A stretch of DNA of 64,000 nucleotides from contig NC_082710.1 in assembly GCF_030144855.1 (NCBI RefSeq), positions 170,624,001 to 170,688,000 on the forward strand, written 5' to 3'. Shown piece by piece: positions 1 through 12,469 of this stretch (positions are counted from its first letter, which is position 1; each line of letters opens with the position of its first letter). The DNA comes from Hypanus sabinus (Eukaryota). The position numbers and the translations under genes were made by a program. The notes beneath the pieces were generated by a model, which was not told the DNA's origin, did not search any database, and saw only the letters and a program-made list of their open reading frames with translations.

Positions 1-1199
1 CCTGGGTGCAGCGGCACTGATCGGGCAGCATGCCCCTCCCTGGGGATTCTGCTGAAATCTCCGGGAACAATAAGTGGCGAGACTGTGAGTTACTCATTAA
101 CGGTTGCTATGGATTGTGCCAGGCCACATGGTGTTGGAAATTCCTGGAAAATGTCCCAGGAGCAGATTGTGTTAATTACCAGTAAAAGCTCTGTGTGTGT
201 CTCTTTTTTTTACACACTGTTTTGTTTTTTTTCTCTCTCTGTGTTTCTCTGTCTCTGTCCTCTTCTCCATCCCTCCCTCCCCCCACTTTTCTATTTATGT
301 CAATTCCTCTAAGTTTTCCGATGGAGTCTGTCAGTCTCTTGGGCAGCTGATAACAAGACCAACTCTTGTCCCTTAACACTGTCATCTCTCATCTCTTTCT
401 CTCTGCCACTCTGCTGATATTTACAGAGCTCTTGACTTTTCGTAAGTGTGCTGGCTGCTTTGGGGATGACCTGCATACTTGTCTGCTGAGTTAGCGAAAT
501 TCCTCCTGCTGGTTGGTGAAGAACCAATAATCAGGGATTGCTGAAACTGTTAAGACTTCATTTTCCTCATAACGCAGACAGTACATTACACATTCGGAGT
601 TATTAAACTCTCTAAATGGACCATTTCATGTTATTACAATTAAGACTCCTTGAATTCACTTTTTGTCAGAAGTTACACAGAGCAGTAAGGTGATTATTCG
701 TCCCAGCCAGTGACCAGCTGAGTTTCAAAGGAATACAGAGGACGGCAGAATCAGCGGAGTTTCAAGGGACGCAGAGGGCAGAAGGGTGTACCGTGGTCAC
801 AGTGGTTTTTGACGGGTCGCTTGCATGGATTCGAATGGCCAGCCATCAGTAATCTGCTGTGCGATTGCTCAGAAATCCTGGAGTTTTCCTTTAGAGAAGT
901 AAAGCATTGCAGCGCAGAAACAGGCCTTTCAGCCCACCTGGTCCATGTCAACCCGATCTGCCTAGTCCCATCTACCTGCAGCCAGGACACATCTCTGTAA
1001 TCCACTTTCAGCTATGTACCTATTCTAGCTTCTCTTAATTGCCATATTTGAACTTGTATCTGTCACTTCAGCTGGCAGCTCACACCTTCAGAGTGAAGAT
1101 GTTCCTGCTCAGATTCTCCTTGCATATTTAGCCTTTCACCCTAGCCTCTGACCTCTAATTCTAGTCTCATCCAACCCGAGGGCATAAAGCCTGTTTGCA

Positions 1200-1810
1200 T
1201 TGGCCCATTCTGTGCAGAGTATTCAAATCCCAGCATGGGGATCTAAATCAGTCCACAAGCTCCTGTGTACTCCAGTTCAGAGAGACTGTGGTTGGCCTTG
1301 TATCCAAGGGCTGCTCTTGACTCTCCTGATATCTGCTTTAAATCAACATCTACAGGTACAGGTGAGGCTACACCTGGAGTCCTGGATACAGCTCCAGTCT
1401 CCTTACTAGAGGCAAATGTACTGGCATTGGAGGTGGTGCAAAACAGGTTCACCAGGTTAATTCTAGAAATCAGGGGGTTAACCTCTGAATAGAGATTTCA
1501 GCTGCTTGGAACTATGCTCGCTGGAATTCTGAAGAGTGAGTGGGGATTTTATTGAAAAATATAAAATAATGAAAATGTAGATAAAGGCAAGACAGTTGTT
1601 TCCACTGGTGAACTGTGGGACAATGCCTCAAGATTAGGGGGAGTAGATTTAGGAGGAAGATGGTGAGAAACTGCTTTTCCCAGAGTGGGAAAGTAGTGGA
1701 TCTGTATTAATTCCCTACCCAGGGAAGTAGTGAGGCTACTTCACTAAATATATTTGATACAGGAAGATCTTTACAGAACAGGGAAGTTAAGAGCTATGGG
1801 GAAAGGGCAG
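1200..1810 (+). mobile_element. CR1-type LINE 3' fragment (degraded RT C-terminus)
   Basis: LALEVVQNRFTRLI motif and the typical CR1 3' tail; boundaries approximate. Confidence 0.75.
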
Positions 1811-2719
1811 GAAGGTGAAGCTCACTGACTGCACGGGTACTTGGCAGCATGGTAACTGCACACTTAGAAATACAGAAAATGCATGGAGTTCATTGAAAGA
1901 AAAGATCTTCCCCCACCACATGAAAAAGAAACTGAAGTCCCAACCCCTCCCTCGCACAAAAACTAACAGATTGCCCACTTGGACACAGCAGCTAACCCCC
2001 AAGCCCTTCCATGCAAAGCAAAAACAGTTTCATCAAGTCCCCAACCCGTCCCACACCCAGAAATTGTGACTTTTCACACGCCCATCAATCAGCATCAAGA
2101 AAGAAAACACAGGAAAACTGAAGGAGACCAATGTACAGTAAGCTACAATCCACACCAGTAATCACATGTGAAATTTCAGAAACATCCTCCGGCAGCTTTG
2201 AGGAGAGTGACAACTCGAACCCTGTCCTTCCATGTGGAGAGACCGCTGACCCTTGACCCATTTATCCAAATGATCAACATTTCCCTGTAATTCCTGATAA
2301 CCTTCACTCTCTAAGACCTATTTTAGTGTAATCTTCAAACTTGCTAACCATGGTTTGCACATTCTTATCCAAATCACTGATATAGATGACAAACAATAGC
2401 ACTGACCACTGAGGCGCACAATTTGTCGTGGGTTTGAAGTCTGAAAAACAGGTTTTCCATATCACCTTCTGTCCTCAACCATCAGCCCAACTATGCATCC
2501 AGTCAGCCAGTCTCCCTGGATTCTGTGCAGTCTAACCTAACAGAGCAACCTACCATGTGGAACCTGATTCAAATTTTTTTAAAGTGTGAAGGAGAACAAA
2601 ATAATTATTACTCCGGATCCAATGGAACACAAAAAAAGCAACACAATAAGATAGAGAACACAATAATAAAAAACTCAATGAATATAAATACATAAGATAG
2701 TTTTATATAAATAACTACT

Positions 2720-3240
2720 GTTTTTGAGTCTGGTGGTGCTGGCATGGATGCTATGTAGCCTCCTCGCTGATGGGAGTGGGACAAACAGTCCAAGAGCAGG
2801 GTGGGTGGGATCCTTCATGATATTATTGTCCTTTTTCCAGCACGATTTTGTATTTCCGTACTTGTTGGTGGGTAGACTGGTGCTAGTGGTTTACACTTGC
2901 AATGCCTTCCTGTCATCCGCACTGCAGTTTCAGTACCATGCAGTGATGTGGCATGTTAGGATGCTCTAGCACGCATCTGTAGAATGACGTGAGTATAGAT
3001 GTGCATCATCCAGCTCTCCTCAGCCTCCTCACAAAGTAGAGGCATCGGTGAGCTTTCCTGATAATGCGGAATGTGTTCTGGGACCATGACAGGTTGTGGA
3101 GATGTGCACTCCTAGGTGCTCGCAGTTTCCACTGCCAAGTTGCCAGTGTTAAGACCACAGACCATAAGAGGGGTGTGAGTGGTGCGAGTTCTTCTGAAGT
3201 CAATAACCATCCTTTTAAAAGACTGTTGGACAAGAAAGTG
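2720..3240 (-). mobile_element. Rex1/Babar-type LINE fragment
   Basis: Minus ORF ...LSWSQNTFRIIRKAHRCLYFVRRLRRAG, homologous to the ORF at 26848; boundaries approximate. Confidence 0.65.
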
Positions 3241-4879
3241 ATTTGGAAAAGCTAAACACTAGCAAATGAGATTAGCTTAGGCCCCTTGGATGGCATGGAC
3301 TGGTTGGACTGAAGGGCCTGGTTCTGTGCTTTATCTCTCTGGAAATGTGAATTTTCACTAAGGAGAGGTTGCTGCAGGAATCCTGGATGTCCGCTGCCAT
3401 CTACTGGCCACTGAAACCTCCCTCCAGTTGTTAATTTTTCGCTGTCTTCCAACGGGAATGAGATTCCCTTTCTTCCAACTTTCAAAAGCTCAAAGTGCAT
3501 TTATTATCAAATTATTATACCTTATACAACCTTGAGATTCATCTCCTAACAGGCAGCGATGGAACAAAGAAACCCAAAAGAAAGCATTTTTAAAAAAGGA
3601 CTGTTGAACACCCAATGTGCAGAGAGGAAAAAACATTGTCAAAAAAGAGAAAAAAACACAACAAATAGCGTTTTGAACCGAGAGTCCCATATTCAGCACA
3701 GAGCAGAGGAAAACTCATGGAGCTGCGATCTGAGCCACAGTGCACCTGAACCAGTCACCCAAAGGAACGGCCGCTGCCTGCGGGCTCTGTGGAAAGGTGG
3801 TGTCAAGCAGCTGGCCTGCAGCCGGACTCGCTCCAGTTCCCGTTACCCTGGGATCGTCCTGTTTCAGTCAGCAGGCTCCAAGGCAGGAGATGGCAGTGTC
3901 ATGAGGATACAAGGTGTCAGCCCAAAGGAATGCCAGAGGGTAGGAGGGGCTGTCCTATCACTACAGAATCTGTGTGCTCTTGTTTGTGGAGCTGGATGTT
4001 GTCCCTTGGGCTATGTCCCTGCAATAGATCTCTTCTTCCCCCCCACCCACAGCCCTTCACACTGAGTGTTGTCAATGGGAGCTTGCTGTGCACAAGATGG
4101 TTGCCATATTTCCCAAACTGCGGAGAGCTTTGGACATCACAGAAACCAGCCTCCCCTCCATGGACTCTGATCTACTCTTCTTATGGTAGCAATCAATGCC
4201 TGAGGTTTGATTGCCACTGCTGTCTGTAAGCAGTTCGACCCTTCTCCCTGGGACCACGTGATTTCTTTCTGGGTGCTCTGGTCTCCCCCCACATTAGAGT
4301 TAGTGAGTTGTGGGTGTGAAGTTGGTGCTGAAGGATGGCAATGCTTATGGTCTGCCCCCAGAACAATCCTCACTGATTCTGCGCGATGCAGATGATGCAT
4401 TTCAGTGTATGTTTTGATGCCCATGACAAGTAAAGTTCTTTGCTTACTCCTCCCTTTCCTCTGTCCTCAAGCTCTCACTCCCCTAGCACCTAACCTCTCC
4501 CTCCACTCACTCACCCCTCTCTTCACCCCCTCCACAAACCTGCCTCTGCTCTTTTCCCTCTTTATTCTTACCTTCACCCCTCCGTCCTCTCCACACCCCT
4601 CCTCTACAAGCCTTTCTCCTTCACACCTCTCCCTCTTTTCACGTTTCCCCCAATCTTCCCTCTCTCATCCACCCTCCTCAGGCTGTCTAATCCTGCTCAA
4701 CCCCCTCCCTCTCATACTGGGCCTAATCCTCCCCTCCTGGGGTTGTCTGACCCTGCTCTTCCCTTCCCCCCCCACCCCCTGTTGTCTGACCCTGAAAGCC
4801 ACCATGCACCCCCCTCACTCCTGTGACTGTCTAACCCTACTCCTCACCTAAACCTATTCCCCTCTGCCTCTCTCCACAG

Positions 4880-4982
4880 AGCAATGCCGCTTTGCGCTGG
4901 GTATGCAGGATTCAATCATCAGGGATGAAGACATCGTGGCGTCCAGCATGTGGTCGGAGTCCACCGCGGCGAAACATGGCAG
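4880..4982 (+). CDS. DDR1: DDR1 coding exon 1 of 16 in window (start of discoidin DS domain)
   Basis: ctccacag|AG CAA TGC...GGC AG|gtaaac; 103 nt, phase 1->2; (E)[33 protein letters not shown](R) matches human KCRYALGMQD...SSSWSDSTAARHSR, including the collagen-binding Trp/Thr. Confidence 0.95.
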
Positions 4983-6054
4983 GTAAACCCACCTCACTCT
5001 CTACCCCTTCCCAATTCAGCATTACCCCAAAGACACTCACCAACTTGTGCAAATGTTTAATAGAAAGCGTCCCATCGAAATACATCTCGGCTTGCCATCA
5101 GCACTCATCGAGCACTATAGCACAGTAACAGGCCCTTCAGTCTGTCTAGTCCATTCTAGCCTGGCCTTCTGCCTAATTCCACTTGCATGCACCGAGACCA
5201 TAGCCCTGTATACCTATCTCATCCATGCACCAATCCAAACGTCTCTTCAGTTTTATAATTGGACCTACGTCCACCTCTTCCGCTAGCAGCTTGTTCTGCA
5301 ATCTCGCCACTCTCTGAGTGAAGAAGTTCGCCCTCAGGTTCACCTTTTGCCCTAAACCTATCACCTCTAGTTCTAGTCTCACCCAACCTGAGGAGGAAGG
5401 TCTTGCATAGATTCACTCCATCTATACCCCTCAAAATTTTGTTCACCTCTATCAAAAATCTCTCCTCATTTTACGCTCCAGGGAATAAAGCTCTGAGCTG
5501 TTCAATCTTTCCCAATAACTCGGTCCTGGCAACTAACTGAACTGTTATCTCTTGTATGACCTCAACGCATTGATGTGATGAAATGATCTGCACACAGGTT
5601 TTTCTCTTCCTTGGTGTGTGTCACAATGATAAACCGATTTAGTAATTATATGGTCATCTGTCTGCTGCAAAAGGCAGGATCTCCTGGTAGCTGACCATTT
5701 CAATTTGATTTCCTATACCATTCTGACATTGTTGGCTCTCGGCCGCCTTTACTGCCGTGATGAGGCAAAACACATTTTGGTGAAGTGACGCTTCATATTC
5801 CGCTTGGATAACCTTAAGTTGATGGTATGTATATCGATTTCAACTTCCATTAATTTCTCCCACTCCCGTTCTTTTACTCTTTTTCCATTCCCCATTCTGG
5901 TTACCCTTTCACCCCTTCTCCTCATCTTTCCGTCACTTCCCTCTGGTTCAGAATCATAATTAGATTTAATATCACTGGCATATGTTGTGAAATTTGTTGT
6001 TATGCAGCAATACAATGCAATATGTAATATCAAACACTGTAAATTACTGTAGTA

Positions 6055-6078
6055 TGTGTGTGTGTGTGTGTGTATATG

Positions 6079-6110
<32 letters not shown>
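6055..6110. repeat. (TG)n(TA)n microsatellite
   Basis: Direct reading. Confidence 0.95.
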
Positions 6111-6114
<4 letters not shown>

Positions 6115-6928
6115 AAAAAGTTAATTAAGTAGTGCAAAGAGAAAATAACTGTAGTGAGGTAGTGTAATGTCCATTCATGAATGTGATGGCAGAGGGGAAG
6201 AAGCTATTCCTGAACGATTGAGTGTGTGCCTTCAGGCTCCTATTTCTCCTCCCTGAGGGTAGTTATGAGAAGTGGGCACGTCCTGGGTGATGGGAATCCT
6301 TAATGCTGGATGCCCTTTTTGAGACATTGCTCCTTGAAGATGTACTGGATGCTGGGGAGGCTGGTGTCCATGATGGAACTGACAGAGTTTACAACTTTCT
6401 GCAGCTTATTTCAATCCTGTGTAATGTCCAACCTCTCCCCCGCCCCTCCATGCCAGACAGTGATGCAGCCAGTTAGAATGCTCTCCACCATACACCTGTA
6501 GAGATTTGTGAGTGTCTTCGGTAATGTACCAGAGCTCAAACTCCTGAAATATAGCCACTGTCAGCCCTTCATTGTAACTGCATCAGTATGCTGGGCCCAG
6601 GATAGATCCTCAGATGTTCTCGCCCTCTTTCCCTTTCTCTACGGTTCACTCTCCTTTACTATCAGACTCCTTTTTCTTCAACTCTTTACCTCTTCCACCA
6701 TCCCCTCCCAGCTTCTCACTTCATCCCCCTCCAGCTTCAGCCCCCTTCCTATCTAGTTCTGATGAAGGATCTCGGCCTGAAACGCTGACTGTTGATACCC
6801 CTCCATAGGAGCTGCCTGACCTGCTGGGTTCCTGCAGCGTTCTGTGAGTGTTGCTCCAGATTTTCAGCATCTGCAGAATCTCTTGTTTGCTTACCCATTT
6901 ACATTCGCCTCTCCACTTCCTCCCATAG

Positions 6929-7157
6929 GTTGGGGACAGAGAATGGTGATGGAGCCTGGTGCCCAGCCAAGTCGGTGTTTCAAAAGCCCAGCGAGTTCCT
7001 GCAGGTGGACCTGCGGCGACTGTACTTCATCACGCTGGTGGGCACGCAGGGCCGCCACTCCAGTGGGCATGGCAACGAGTACGCCCGCCTTTACAGCCTT
7101 CAATACAGTCGGAACGGCAAGGACTGGAAGACCTGGAGAGACCGGAATGGCGTTGAG
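6929..7157 (+). CDS. DDR1: DDR1 coding exon 2/16 (DS domain)
   Basis: cccatag|G...GAG|gtaacc; 229 nt; LGTENGDGAWCPAKSVFQKPSEFLQVDLRRLYFITLVGTQGRHSSGHGNEYARLYSLQYSRNGKDWKTWRDRNGVE; collagen-binding Arg (QGRH) and Glu (GNEY) retained. Confidence 0.97.
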
Positions 7158-9345
7158 GTAACCAGTCTCCTGGGATCTTTTTTTCCCCTTGTGGTAAGAC
7201 CATAACAGATAGGAGCAGAATTAGGCTATTTAGCCCATGGAGTCTGCTGCAGCATTCCATTAGGCCATGTTCTGTTGTAACAGTTGCTGCTTGTGTTGTT
7301 CATTGTTCGGTGTTGTGTTGGATATTGTGGGCCATGCTACACTGGCACTAGAAAGTGCCGAGACTTGCGGAGCACCACCTTTGGCTCATGTTAGTCGTTA
7401 ACACAAATCACACATTTCACTGTAGGTTTCAATGTACATGTGAAAAACAAATCTGATAGCTGGTGGAGGAGAAAGTGTGGTTCATTTATTGCAAAGTATA
7501 CAACTCTGAAATTCTACTTCTCCAGTAGCCATGAAACCAAAAGAGAGAACAGCAGTATGTTCATCCCCCAAATACCCCCTCCCCAGACAAAAAAATGAAC
7601 AACACCAGACAAGGCGCATCAACCCCCAAATACCCCCCTTCCCACACAAAAAAATGAACAAAAACAGAAGCGGCACACAGACCCCAAATCCCCCTTCCCC
7701 GCACAAAAAAAAAGGATCGGGTGAAAAACACAGAATATGAAAAAAACTATAATACTGGGAAAAAGGTTAATAGTCCAAGCCCATGTCCAAAATGCTGAAA
7801 ACCTGGGTAACGTTCTCCAGGCACAGTGGCAGGCTCTCTCTATCCTCTCAGGAAGCAGAACAACTCCCAGTGATCCAAAAGCAGGTAGCTGGCACTCACC
7901 TCCCATTATCACCTTGAAGTTTCAATCTTCTTCGTCACTTTTTATAATGGTGTCCAACATCAGTTTGCACTCCATCCCGCCACCTGCTTGCCATGAGGCT
8001 CACGCACGTTACCACAGCCTTCTGCAGTCTGCCGAGCGATGAGTCACCCAAGTGATTTCCAAACTGCAAACCACAGGCTCCAACATATTCAAGATGAAAA
8101 GCAAAAGTAAAAGACAAAGGAAGTGAAAATTATGAACTATCATGAAGATGTAGACCAAAGGACTGTTGTACGCGGGCATCACAGAATTGTATACTTTGAT
8201 AATAAATGACCCTTTGAAGTGTAGTGGGTAGAAATGGAAGGAGGGAAGTCTTTGGTGATGCAGACAGGGTGGAGTCAGAGGGAAATGGGAGAGAAGGGGT
8301 ACGGTCATAAGACTGGAGCAGAATTAGGCCATTTAGCCAGTCAGTCTGTTCCACCATTCCACCACAGACAGTTTATTAACCCTCTCAACTCAATTCTCCT
8401 CCCTTCTCCCCATAATCTTTGATGCCCTGACTAATCAAGAAGCTGTCAACCTCTGCTTTAAATACACCCAATGACTTGGGCTCCACCCATCGAGGCAATG
8501 AACTCCACAGATTTGCCACCCTCCAGCTAAAGAAATACCTCTTCATCTCTGATCTAAAGGGACAGTCTTCCTTTCTGAGATCGTAGCCCCTGATCCAAAA
8601 GTTCCCACTATTGGAAACCTCCTATCCGCGTCCACTCTATCTAAGCCTTTCAGTATTCGGTAGTTTTCAGTAAGGTAGTCTATCGTTCTTCTCAACTCCA
8701 GCGAGTATAGGCCCAGAGCCATCAATGTTAACCCTTTCATTCCCGGAATCATTCTTATAAGTCTCCTCTGGCCCCTCTCCAATACCAGCACATCCTTTCT
8801 TAGATATAGGCCCAAAACTGCTCTCAATACTCCAAGCAGTCTGACCATTTTTTTAAATAAAGCTTCATCATTACATCCTTGCTTCTATATTCTTGTTCTC
8901 TCGAAATGAATGTTAATGCTGCATTTGGCTTTCCTTCTCACCTTAAACCTGTGGTCTCTAGTTTTGGACACTCTAGCCTTGGGGAAAAAGACTGCCTTTC
9001 ATGATTCTGTAAAGCTCTCTAGAGTGCAGCATTTCGACACTCTCTGCAGTGCGGTTGATTCAATCCTCACCTGAGGCAACCATCTGAGCTGTCTGCCCAG
9101 CCAGTTGTCATCTGCAAACATACCCATCGTTTCCCCGACACACTCATCAATATATGTAGCACACAGCTAAGTTGCTGATTTTCGAAGCTTGGAGTATCCA
9201 GAAGCTCACTGTAATGGGTCACGTAGCCCAGAGAGGGAGTTCCAGCCCTGGCCCTCACTGTGGTGACATCTCTGCCATCAGTAGCTCGGACAAATAGTTG
9301 GATTGGCAGCAGGCTAACCTCCTGGTTTTGACCCCCTGCATCCAG

Positions 9346-9493
9346 GTGATCACGGGCAACTCAAACCCCTACGACGTGATCCTGAAGGACCTGGGGCCTC
9401 CGATCATCGCCCGCTTCGTGCGTTTTTACCCGATGGCGGACCGTGTGATGAGTGTGTGCATGAGGGTAGAGCTCTATGGCTGCCCGTGGGAAG
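9346..9493 (+). CDS. DDR1: DDR1 coding exon 3/16 (end of DS domain)
   Basis: tccag|GTG...GAA G|gtgagc; 148 nt; [49 protein letters not shown]. Confidence 0.97.
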
Positions 9494-9614
9494 GTGAGCG
9501 CAAGCAGCTTTTGAGGCATAAATGAAGCACTGGCATATTCACCAAATTCCCAACATCGTCACCAAAACACCAACACCACAACAGTATCTCTAAAAAAGAG
9601 ACATGAATGGCACT

Positions 9615-9915
9615 ACCGTAACCCTTATAAAACCAGGACCGCTACACTCCAGAACCCTATACCCCATAACCCTTATAAAAGCAAAACCCTACACCTTGTG
9701 TTAACCCTTATAAAACCAGAACCCTACATCCCCCCCACCCCGTAACCTTAAAACAGAAATCCTAACACTCCTAAGCCAGGAATCCTAACACTTCTACCGT
9801 AACCCTTATAAAATCAGAACCCTAACTCCCCTAACATAACCCTTATAAAATCAGAACCCTAACGCCCTTACTGTAACGCATACAAAACCAGAACCCTAAC
9901 GCCCTAACATAAAAC
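9615..9915. repeat. Degenerate intronic minisatellite
   Basis: TAACCCTTATAAAA exact at 9619, 9667, 9702, 9800 and 9837, plus degenerate copies, usually followed by (C/T)CAGAACCCTA. Confidence 0.8.
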
Positions 9916-9956
9916 AGCCTGCACTAACTAAATAACCACCTCCACTCTCCCCACAG

Positions 9957-10062
9957 ATGGCCTGAAGTCGTACACCATCCCTATGGGCCAGGTGATGAAT
10001 GTGTCAGGGCTGCCCCCGGTCAACCTCAATGATTCCACGTACGATGGCAGCCGGATCGGAAG
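9957..10062 (+). CDS. DDR1: DDR1 coding exon 4/16 (DS-like domain)
   Basis: ccacag|AT GGC...GGA AG|gtaggg; 106 nt; (D)GLKSYTIPMGQVMNVSGLPPVNLNDSTYDGSRIG(R); conserved LNDSTYDG sequon. Confidence 0.95.
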
Positions 10063-10519
10063 GTAGGGGCAGGGGTCGGGACTGTGGGAATGGGGTTCCA
10101 TCGGGAAATGCCGACAGTCCACCTCCCTTTCTGCATGGAAAATCTGTGAGTCTGACTCACCAAAGTCTCAAGGCTGACGGGTTATCAGTTTTACTGTACA
10201 CAGGCACGCAGGGATATGCAGATGCAGGCACACGTGTGTGCAGACACCTGTGAGCTCAAGTACAGTTGCAGACAAACGCACACACACAGACCCGTCACAG
10301 TCCTGTGCATTGATCTGACACATATGAGCAGGAACGGACTAAAACAATCATGTGGTTGGTGATGGACTCAGAGGCTTGTCTGGCTAAGCAAGCCCCTGTA
10401 AACAAAGGAGTGCAGGCGATGGCCACATGCATACTCATGCACAATACGTGTGGGTGTGTAAATGAGACGCACACATTCCACATAAAAGACTTACCATATG
10501 ATAAAGGATGCTTGGAGTT

Positions 10520-11570
10520 GGGAGTGATGTATTAGCATGGATAGAGGATTGGTTAACTAATAGAAAGCAGAGAGTTGGGATACTCTAGTTGACCATCAGT
10601 GGTGAACGGTGTACCGCAGGGGTCGGTGCTGGGCCTTCAAATGTTCACAATATACATTGACAATCTTGAAGTGCGGACTTAAGTATCTAAGTTTGCTGAT
10701 GATACTAAATTGAGTGGAAAAGCAAACTGTGCAGAAGATACAGAGAGTCTGCAGACAGATATCGATAGGTTAACTTGAGTGGGCAAGGGTCTGGCAGAGT
10801 ACAATGTTGGTAAATATGAGTTCATCCACTTTGGAAGGGAAAAACATTGCAAGCAGATTATTATTTAAATAGTAAAACATTGCAGCATGCTGCTGTGCAG
10901 ATGGACTTGGGAGTTCCTATGTATGAATCACAAAAGGTTGGTTGGCGGGTACAGCAGGCTATCAAGAAGGCAATGAAATGTTGGCCTTCATTGCTAGAGG
11001 GATTGAATTTAAGAGCAGGAAGGTTATGCTGCAACTGTACAGGGTACCCGTGAGGCCAAACCTGGAGTACAGTGTGCAGTTCTGGTCTCCTTATTTGAGG
11101 AAGGCTATACTGGCTTTGGAGGCGGTGCAGAGGGGGTTCACCAGGTTGATTCCAGAGGTGAGGAGAGATTGAGTCGCCTGGGACTGTACTCACTGGAATT
11201 CAGAATAATGAAAGAAGATCTTATAGAAACATATGAAATTATGAAAGGGATAGATAAGATAGAGACAGAAAAGGTTGTTTTCACTGGTAAGTGAAACAAG
11301 AACTAGGGGACATAGCCTCAAGATTCAGGGAAACAAATTTAGAGCAGAGTTAAGGAGGAACTACTTTTCCCAGAAGTTATGAATCTGTGGAATTATCTGC
11401 CCTATGAAGCAGTGGAGGCTACCTCAGTAAATATATTTAAGACAAGATTGGGTAGATTTTTGCATAGTAGGGTAGTTGAGGGTGGTAATGGAGGTGAGTC
11501 CATGGCCAGATCATCCAATCTTACTGAATGGCAGAGCAGGCTCGACGGGCCAGATGTCCTAATCCTGCTC
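10520..11570 (+). mobile_element. CR1-type LINE 3' fragment
   Basis: KFADDT-like aagtttgctgatgatact; MLQLYRVPVRPNLEYSVQFWSPYLRK; boundaries approximate. Confidence 0.85.
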
Positions 11571-11845
11571 CTATTTCTTATGTTCACACCTCACACCCTG
11601 CCCCCTTCACTGATATACAGACCCACACGGAGTGCTGAGGGAATGTTTGAGGGGGTTGCATAAGAGCCAGGAAGTACAGGAAAACATTCAGTCCCTTCAA
11701 GCTTGCTGCTCCATTAAGCGAGGCAACAGCTGATCCATAACCAAAATGCACACACCACCACCCCTGCACCGTCCTACCCACCCATGCAATGCCATCACCG
11801 GTTCCCTCTGCTGCATTCCATTCTCACCTCATTTCTCCTTACCAG

Positions 11846-12032
11846 GTTACACTACGGAGGCCTGGGGCAGCTAACAGATGGAGTATTGGGGCTGGATGAC
11901 TTCACCCAGAGCCACGAGCTGCGAGTCTGGCCTGGCTACGACTACGTGGGCTGGCAGAACCGCACGCTGGGCCGTGATTATGTGGAGATGGAGTTCCACT
12001 TTGACCAGCTCAGCACGTTCGACTACATGAAG
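11846..12032 (+). CDS. DDR1: DDR1 coding exon 5/16 (DS-like domain)
   Basis: accag|G...AAG|gtgagg; 187 nt; [62 protein letters not shown]. Confidence 0.97.
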
Positions 12033-12469
12033 GTGAGGCCTGTGGAACAAAGATGAGGAGGAATTTCTTTTGCCAAAGGGAGGTGAATCTGTGGAATTAC
12101 AATGTATTTAAAGCGGAGGTTGATAGATTCGTGATTAGTGAGGGTATCCAAGGTTACAAGAAGATGACAGGAGAATGGGGTTGAGAGGGAAAATAAATCA
12201 GCCACGATCAAATGGTGGAGCAGGTTTGATGGGCAGAATGGTATATTTCTGCTCCTATGTCTAATGGTGTCTGTCCAACCTGCAGGATCAACCCTCTATC
12301 CTTCCTCCACTGCCTTATACACTCTTCTGCCTGTATCCTGCCGACCTGTGGGTCCCTTCCCCACTGTCCTGTACCCTCTGCCTGTATCGCAACAACCTGT
12401 GAGTTTTCCCTCTCTTGTGCACTCCCGGGTAAGAAGCTAAAGTCAACGTATCAGTATTACAGTGGAGTA

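Noticed and set aside
1-90. ATG at 30 and donor GTGAGT at 85 as the DDR1 signal-peptide exon
   Set aside because: The peptide is polar (MPLPGDSAEISGNNKWRD), and splicing to 4880 or 427 creates TAG.
321-441. ATG at 321 followed by a hydrophobic stretch ending at donor 442, as the signal exon
   Set aside because: Two consecutive in-frame stops (TGA TAA, 348-353); the hydrophobicity comes from the pyrimidine tract.
2724-2969. ORF MSLVVLAWMLCSLLADG resembling a signal peptide
   Set aside because: Lies in the antisense of a Rex1-type LINE 3' region and has no suitable donor.
4207-4395. ORF containing KQFDP, similar to DDR1 KGHFDP
   Set aside because: No ATG (in-frame TGA at 4201) and no phase-1 donor after FDP.
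4405-4851. 148-aa Leu/Pro/Ser-rich ORF (and similar ORFs at 18721 and 46609)
   Set aside because: Translations of pyrimidine-rich intronic or TE sequence with no domain signal.
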